Assembly (NCBI GenBank): GCA_030704615.1
Contig: CM060731.1
Location: 95,790,001 to 95,854,000, forward strand
DNA: 64,000 bases
Source of the DNA: Takakia lepidozioides
Taxonomy: Eukaryota; Plantae; Bryophyta
Direction: 5' to 3'
The stretch's first letter is position 1. Every line of letters begins with the position of its first letter. The translations under genes were made by a program, and so were the position numbers. Under the pieces are notes generated by a model that worked only from the letters and a program-made list of their open reading frames with translations, was not told the origin of the DNA and made no database searches. Shown here piece by piece: positions 63,981 to 64,000 of the stretch.

Positions 63981-64000
63981 ATTGAAAGCCTGGACATATC

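Larger units (their letters stand above)
59034..64000 (-). mobile_element. Galadriel-like chromovirus copy 2 (runs off the window)
   Basis: gag knuckle-PR-RT-RH-INT-chromodomain, PPT, LTR. Confidence 0.93.

Noticed and set aside
1-64000. The two inverted chromovirus copies as ends of one giant element
   Set aside because: They are separate family members with their own PPT and LTR, are diverged, and are separated by a gap

Overview
Eukaryotic, intron-containing DNA, most likely from an early-diverging land plant (inferred from the element families), consisting almost entirely of nested transposons, with a 500-N scaffold gap at 46529-47028. Retroelements: two defective Galadriel-like chromoviruses (1-8105 +, 59034-64000 -); two copies of an Athila-like Ty3 element with extra ORFs (28348-40791, complete with TSD; 47029-59033, partial); and an unusual Ty3 element (9488-20489) with a C5 cytosine methyltransferase and PHD finger inside pol and split direct repeats (A...B-A-B) instead of LTRs. 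With these removed, the backbone reads: SET-domain ORF, a 3-kb array of helically phased palindromes, a spliced ParB/Srx-domain gene, and a convergent Mutator-like transposase. A second paralogue of the ParB gene, fused to a beta-class (N4C/N6A-type) methyltransferase fold, lies inside the first chromovirus. Each paralogue carries its own variant of a 20-bp palindrome in its introns. The best candidate for an undescribed system is a transposon-borne ParB-methyltransferase with cognate parS-like sites. All domain calls are by-eye motif recognition; no searches were run.
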